The position numbers and the translations under genes were made by a program. A model generated the notes under the pieces. The model saw only the letters and a list, made by a program, of their open reading frames with translations. It did not search any database and was not told the DNA's origin. Shown here in pieces: positions 49,207 to 52,555 of a stretch of DNA of 52,555 bases (its first letter is position 1; every line of letters starts with the position of its first letter). Origin of the DNA: Myxococcota bacterium (GTDB taxonomy: Bacteria; Myxococcota_A; UBA9160; SMWR01); the NCBI GenBank assembly GCA_036482635.1, contig JAZFWH010000181.1:1-52555 (forward strand). The letters are read 5' to 3'.

Positions 49207-50790
49207 CTATCCAGGCGTCACCCCCCTCGACCGCGCCCGCCAGGCCAGGCCGGCAACGCCCAGCCAGCACGCCCAGGCGAAGACGTCGCCGTGCCTCGTG
49301 TAGAAGGAACCTCCCAGGGGCGGGGGGCGCAGCGGCACGTCGTGCACCAGGAGACCGCGTTCGAAAATCCTCGTGCGCGCTCGCACGCGGCCGCGTTCGT
49401 CGATGATCGCGGAAACCCCCGTGTTCGCTGCGCGAGCCGTCCAGACCCGAGTCTCCGCCGAGCGCAGGGCGGTGATCGCCAGGAACTGGTACGGCGCGCC
49501 GGTGCGCCCGTACCACGCGTCGTTCGTGATGGCGAGGAGGATCTCCGCACCGTCGCGCACGAAGCGCCGCACCAGGTCCGGGAAGACCAACTCATAGCAG
49601 ATCGGCACCCCCACGGTAATGCGGCGCGGCCCCTCTGCGCCCACCGCGAGCTGGAAGACCTGCGGACCCGGTCCCGGCATCACGTTGTCCGAGGCGATGC
49701 CGCGCGCCACCGCGCGCAGGCCGAGGCCGAGGAGATCGCGCAGGGGAACGTACTCTCCGAACGGAACCAGGTGCGACTTGTCGTAGCGCGCGACGAGCTC
49801 GCCGTCGGCGCCCAGCAGGAACGCGCTGTCGTAGAAGCCGACCCGGCGCGAGTCTGCGCCGGGCCCCAGCCCGATCGCCCCCACCACGAGGCTCGCGCCG
49901 GTCTCCCGCGCCAGCCGCGCGATTCGCTCCTGAAGCGCGGGGTCCGCGTCGATGGCGGCCGGAACCGCCGTCTCGGGCCACACGATCAGTTCCGCCCCCT
50001 GCGAGGCGGCCCGGAGCGAAAGCTCCTCGTAGATGCCGAGCGTGCGTTCGGCCCAGTCGGGGCTCCACTTGAAGGCCTGATCGATGTTGCCCTGGAGGAC
50101 CGCGACGCGAACGGTCGGCGCGCCCGGCCCGGGTGGTCTCGTCGCTGTGGCGATGCCGGCGAGGTGGAGCGCGGCCACGGCGGCCAGCGCCGCCCACACA
50201 CCCGCGCCCGGTCGACCGCCCGCCAGCGCGTTGCGCGCGCCCCTGGCCAGCGCCACGCCGCCGAGCACGGTCGCGAACGACAATCCGTATACCCCTGTAT
50301 AGGGTGCGAGCTCCAGCAAGGCCGCGTTGGCGTGCTGCGCGTAGCCGAGCGTGGCCCACGGCATTCCGGACAGCGCGAACGAGCGCAGGTGGTCGAGCGC
50401 GGTCCACAGCAGCGCGAGCGCGAACGGTGACGCGGCACCCCGGGCCGCCAGCCACGCGCACCCCGCGCCGAAGCCCGCGGTAAAGGCGGCGACGTAGGCC
50501 GCGAGCAAGATGGGGGCCACGACCCCGACCGCAGCGGGGGCGTGGCCGTAGACCACCGTGACCACGTAGATCCAGTGGAGGATGGCGGCGTGGGCGGCGA
50601 GGGCGGCCGCGAAGCCGGCGCGCGCGGCGCGGCCCGGGGCCAGCCCGTCGAGCCCGAGCACGAGCAACCCGGGGCTCGCCCAGGCCAGGACGATGCCGAG
50701 ATCCACGACCCGCCCGGCGACCGGCTGGGGAAACGCAAGAAAGGTCGCAAACGCGTAGCCCGAGAGCAGAGCCAGCCGACGGCGCTCCAC
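49207..50790 (-). CDS. lnt: apolipoprotein N-acyltransferase
   Basis: The 527-aa product has a polytopic N-terminal half and a CN-hydrolase domain (VWPETAVP, YDKSHLVPFGEYVP, CYELVFPD). Confidence 0.92.
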   Translation of the reverse strand: MERRRLALLSGYAFATFLAFPQPVAGRVVDLGIVLAWASPGLLVLGLDGLAPGRAARAGFAAALAAHAAILHWIYVVTVVYGHAPAAVGVVAPILLAAYVAAFTAGFGAGCAWLAARGAASPFALALLWTALDHLRSFALSGMPWATLGYAQHANAALLELAPYTGVYGLSFATVLGGVALARGARNALAGGRPGAGVWAALAAVAALHLAGIATATRPPGPGAPTVRVAVLQGNIDQAFKWSPDWAERTLGIYEELSLRAASQGAELIVWPETAVPAAIDADPALQERIARLARETGASLVVGAIGLGPGADSRRVGFYDSAFLLGADGELVARYDKSHLVPFGEYVPLRDLLGLGLRAVARGIASDNVMPGPGPQVFQLAVGAEGPRRITVGVPICYELVFPDLVRRFVRDGAEILLAITNDAWYGRTGAPYQFLAITALRSAETRVWTARAANTGVSAIIDERGRVRARTRIFERGLLVHDVPLRPPPLGGSFYTRHGDVFAWACWLGVAGLAWRARSRGVTPG

Positions 50791-50815
50791 GGCAGCGGTG
50801 CCCGATCCCCCGCGC

Positions 50816-51271
50816 TCAGGGCGCCGGCGAGCTGCGGATCGCCCGCCACAGGCGACGCTCCTCGACGCGCATGGCCCGGGCGTCCTTCTCGCCCACGTGA
50901 TCGTGACCCAGCAGGTGGAGCGTGCCGTGGATCAACAGGCGCGCGACCTCGTCGTCGAGGGATCGGCGCGCGGCCCGCGCCTGACGCGCGGCCGTCTCGA
51001 AGCCGATCACCACGTCTCCTAGCAACGGGCCGCGGCGCTCGGCGTGCTCGCCCTCGAGCAGCGAGAAGGCCAACACGTCCGTGGGCCGCCGCCGGCCGCG
51101 ATACGCGGCGTTGAGCTCGGCGATCTCATCGTCGTCGGCCAGCCGGACGGAGAGCTCGGAGCGGGAAAGCGCCAGCTCGCGCAGGATCTCTCGGGCGCGG
51201 GAGCGCAACAAGCGCCGGTCCAGGCGGGGCGGCTGGCCGCGCCGGCGAGGGCCCGCCACGCGCACCGTCAT
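50816..51271 (-). CDS. ybeY: rRNA maturation endoribonuclease YbeY
   Basis: PTDVLAF and the zinc motif HGTLHLLGHDH are present. ORF 50816..51445 is trimmed to the ATG at 51271, which overlaps the phoH stop (ATGA). Confidence 0.9.
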   Translation of the reverse strand: MTVRVAGPRRRGQPPRLDRRLLRSRAREILRELALSRSELSVRLADDDEIAELNAAYRGRRRPTDVLAFSLLEGEHAERRGPLLGDVVIGFETAARQARAARRSLDDEVARLLIHGTLHLLGHDHVGEKDARAMRVEERRLWRAIRSSPAP

Positions 51272-52335
51272 TCGCGGCCGCTGGCCCCAGCGCCGGGCTC
51301 GGGCGCCTCGCCGCGTCCCTCGCTGCGCTCGTCGGCAGCCGTTTCCGCGCGGGCGACACGCCGCTCCGTGGGATTCGCCCGCACGTAGGCCCGGATGATC
51401 GACTGCACCAGCGGGTGGCGAACCACGTCGCTCTCGGTGAAGCACATGAACCCGATCCCTTCGACGCCCTTCAGGATCTCGATCGCCTCGACCAGGCCAC
51501 TGGGCTTCTCGCTGGGGAGATCGATCTGCGTGACGTCCCCCGTGATAACGGCCTTCGAGTCGAAACCAAGACGGGTCAGGAACATCTTCATCTGTTCGCT
51601 CGTCGTGTTCTGGGCTTCGTCCAGGATCACGAAGGAGTCGTTCAGCGTTCGCCCGCGCATGAAGGCCAGCGGAGCCACTTCGATCACACCCCGCTCCATC
51701 AGGCGTCTGGCCTTCTCGAACGGCATCATGTCGCTCAGGGCATCGTAGAGCGGACGCAGATAGGGATCGACCTTCTCGGCCATCGAACCCGGCAGGAAGC
51801 CGAGCTTCTCGCCCGCCTCGACGGCGGGCCGCGTCAACACCACCCTCGACACTTCGTGGCGGTTGAGCGCCGCAATCGCGACGGCCATGGCGAGATACGT
51901 CTTGCCGGTGCCGGCGGGCCCGATCGTCATCACGACGTCGCGCGTGCGCATCATCTCGATGTATTGGCGCTGCGCCAGGTTCTTGGCGGCGATCCGCCGC
52001 CGCGCACCCACCGCCCCGAGCACGTCCTCGTAGACGTCCTGGAGATCCACGTCGGGCTGTTCCGTCACCATGCGCACGGCCTGGTGCACGTCGCGCGCGT
52101 GGACCGGGTTTCCACAGCGCAGCACGCTGTAGAGCTCCTCGAGCACCTTGCGCGCCATCTCGACGTCCCGGGGCGGCCCCACCAGACGGACCTCGTTGCC
52201 GCGCGCGCGCGCGTGGACCCCGAGCTCCTGCTCGAGGATGCGCAGGGTCCGATCTCCCTCTCCGTAGAGCTCGGCCGCGGTCTGGTTGTCGTCGAAGATG
52301 AGCGTCTGACGGGTGGTGGCGTCGTTCTGGGCCAG
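51268..52335 (-). CDS. PhoH/YbeZ-family ATPase (start codon non-canonical or unresolved)
   Basis: Recognisable segments are Walker A GPAGTGKTYLA, LTRPAVEAGEKLGFLPG, MRGRTL and ILDEAQN. A conserved-looking N-terminal segment lies upstream of the first GTG (52182), where no ATG/GTG/TTG exists. The CTG at 52335 follows GAGAGGGA by 7 nt. Confidence 0.85.
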   Translation of the reverse strand: MAQNDATTRQTLIFDDNQTAAELYGEGDRTLRILEQELGVHARARGNEVRLVGPPRDVEMARKVLEELYSVLRCGNPVHARDVHQAVRMVTEQPDVDLQDVYEDVLGAVGARRRIAAKNLAQRQYIEMMRTRDVVMTIGPAGTGKTYLAMAVAIAALNRHEVSRVVLTRPAVEAGEKLGFLPGSMAEKVDPYLRPLYDALSDMMPFEKARRLMERGVIEVAPLAFMRGRTLNDSFVILDEAQNTTSEQMKMFLTRLGFDSKAVITGDVTQIDLPSEKPSGLVEAIEILKGVEGIGFMCFTESDVVRHPLVQSIIRAYVRANPTERRVARAETAADERSEGRGEAPEPGAGASGRE

Positions 52336-52372
52336 CGCAATTCCCTCTCGGGCTCTGCGAACGAGCTCGGCT

Positions 52373-52555
52373 TCAGCGGGCCGGCGCGAGGAGCAGCGGA
52401 CCGTCCGCGCGCCGTGAGTAATAGTAGGGACGGCCCTCGGGGGTCGCCAACGCCCCGCTCTCGAGCATTCCGCGCCGTTCCAGCTCCGAGAGGTCGACCG
52501 GCCAACGCCCCTGCGAGTAGCGGTAGGTCTCGAGCGCCTGTCTGACCCGACGGGC
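52373..52555 (-). CDS. 3' end of an unidentified CDS (runs off the window)
   Basis: The open frame starts at the window edge with high GC3. It encodes ARRVRQALETYRYSQGRWPVDLSELERRGMLESGALATPEGRPYYYSRRADGPLLLAPAR and stops at TGA (52375..52373). It is reminiscent of pseudopilin C-termini, but this is unverified. It is absent from the ORF track because there is no start in the window. Confidence 0.45.
   Translation of the reverse strand, partial: ARRVRQALETYRYSQGRWPVDLSELERRGMLESGALATPEGRPYYYSRRADGPLLLAPAR

Overview
This is a 52.6-kb, very GC-rich chromosomal segment from a diderm (outer-membrane-bearing) bacterium. In one 94-codon stretch I read by hand, only 4 codons end in A/T. I call 41 protein genes plus the 5' end of a 16S rRNA gene. 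I found no tRNA, CRISPR array, transposase, integrase, toxin-antitoxin pair or recognisable defence genes.

Gene order, with strand:
- (-) rrs 5' end, its promoter and boxA leader, tyrS, 5-formyl-THF cyclo-ligase, zapA, zapB-like
- (-) gltD, gltB, lrp-family regulator
- (-) glpQ, glpK, ftsY, smc
- (-) heterodimeric ABC exporter pair, GT2
- (+) purM, degenerate CrtI-like protein, msbA-like exporter
- (-) GT2, spoT/rel, gmk, remA, yicC
- (-) GT2, GT9 heptosyltransferase
- (+) lptF/G, Kdo/LPS-kinase-like
- (-) lpxK, waaA, lpxB, Gfo/Idh/MocA oxidoreductase, lpxI, lpxA, skp, bamA
- (-) lolD, lolC/E, prfB (programmed +1 frameshift), lnt, ybeY, phoH/ybeZ, 3' end of an unknown CDS

Many entries in the supplied ORF track are stop-free run-ons. 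I trimmed starts using homology-like N-termini and a recurring start/stop overlap pattern (NTGA), seen at 13 junctions.

Bottom line: this is a core housekeeping and envelope-biogenesis region, and I see no convincing wholly new multi-gene system. The best leads are:
1. A LolC/E permease with a roughly 240-aa polytopic N-terminal extension.
2. A BamA with an extra N-terminal periplasmic module.
3. A Gfo/Idh/MocA oxidoreductase wedged between lpxI and lpxB, possibly GnnA-like.
4. A degenerate CrtI-like protein coupled between purM and an msbA-like gene.
5. A phoH gene with no canonical start codon.
6. Several AT-rich palindromes or motifs in promoter regions.

All functional calls come from motif and family recognition by eye. 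No database search was possible.
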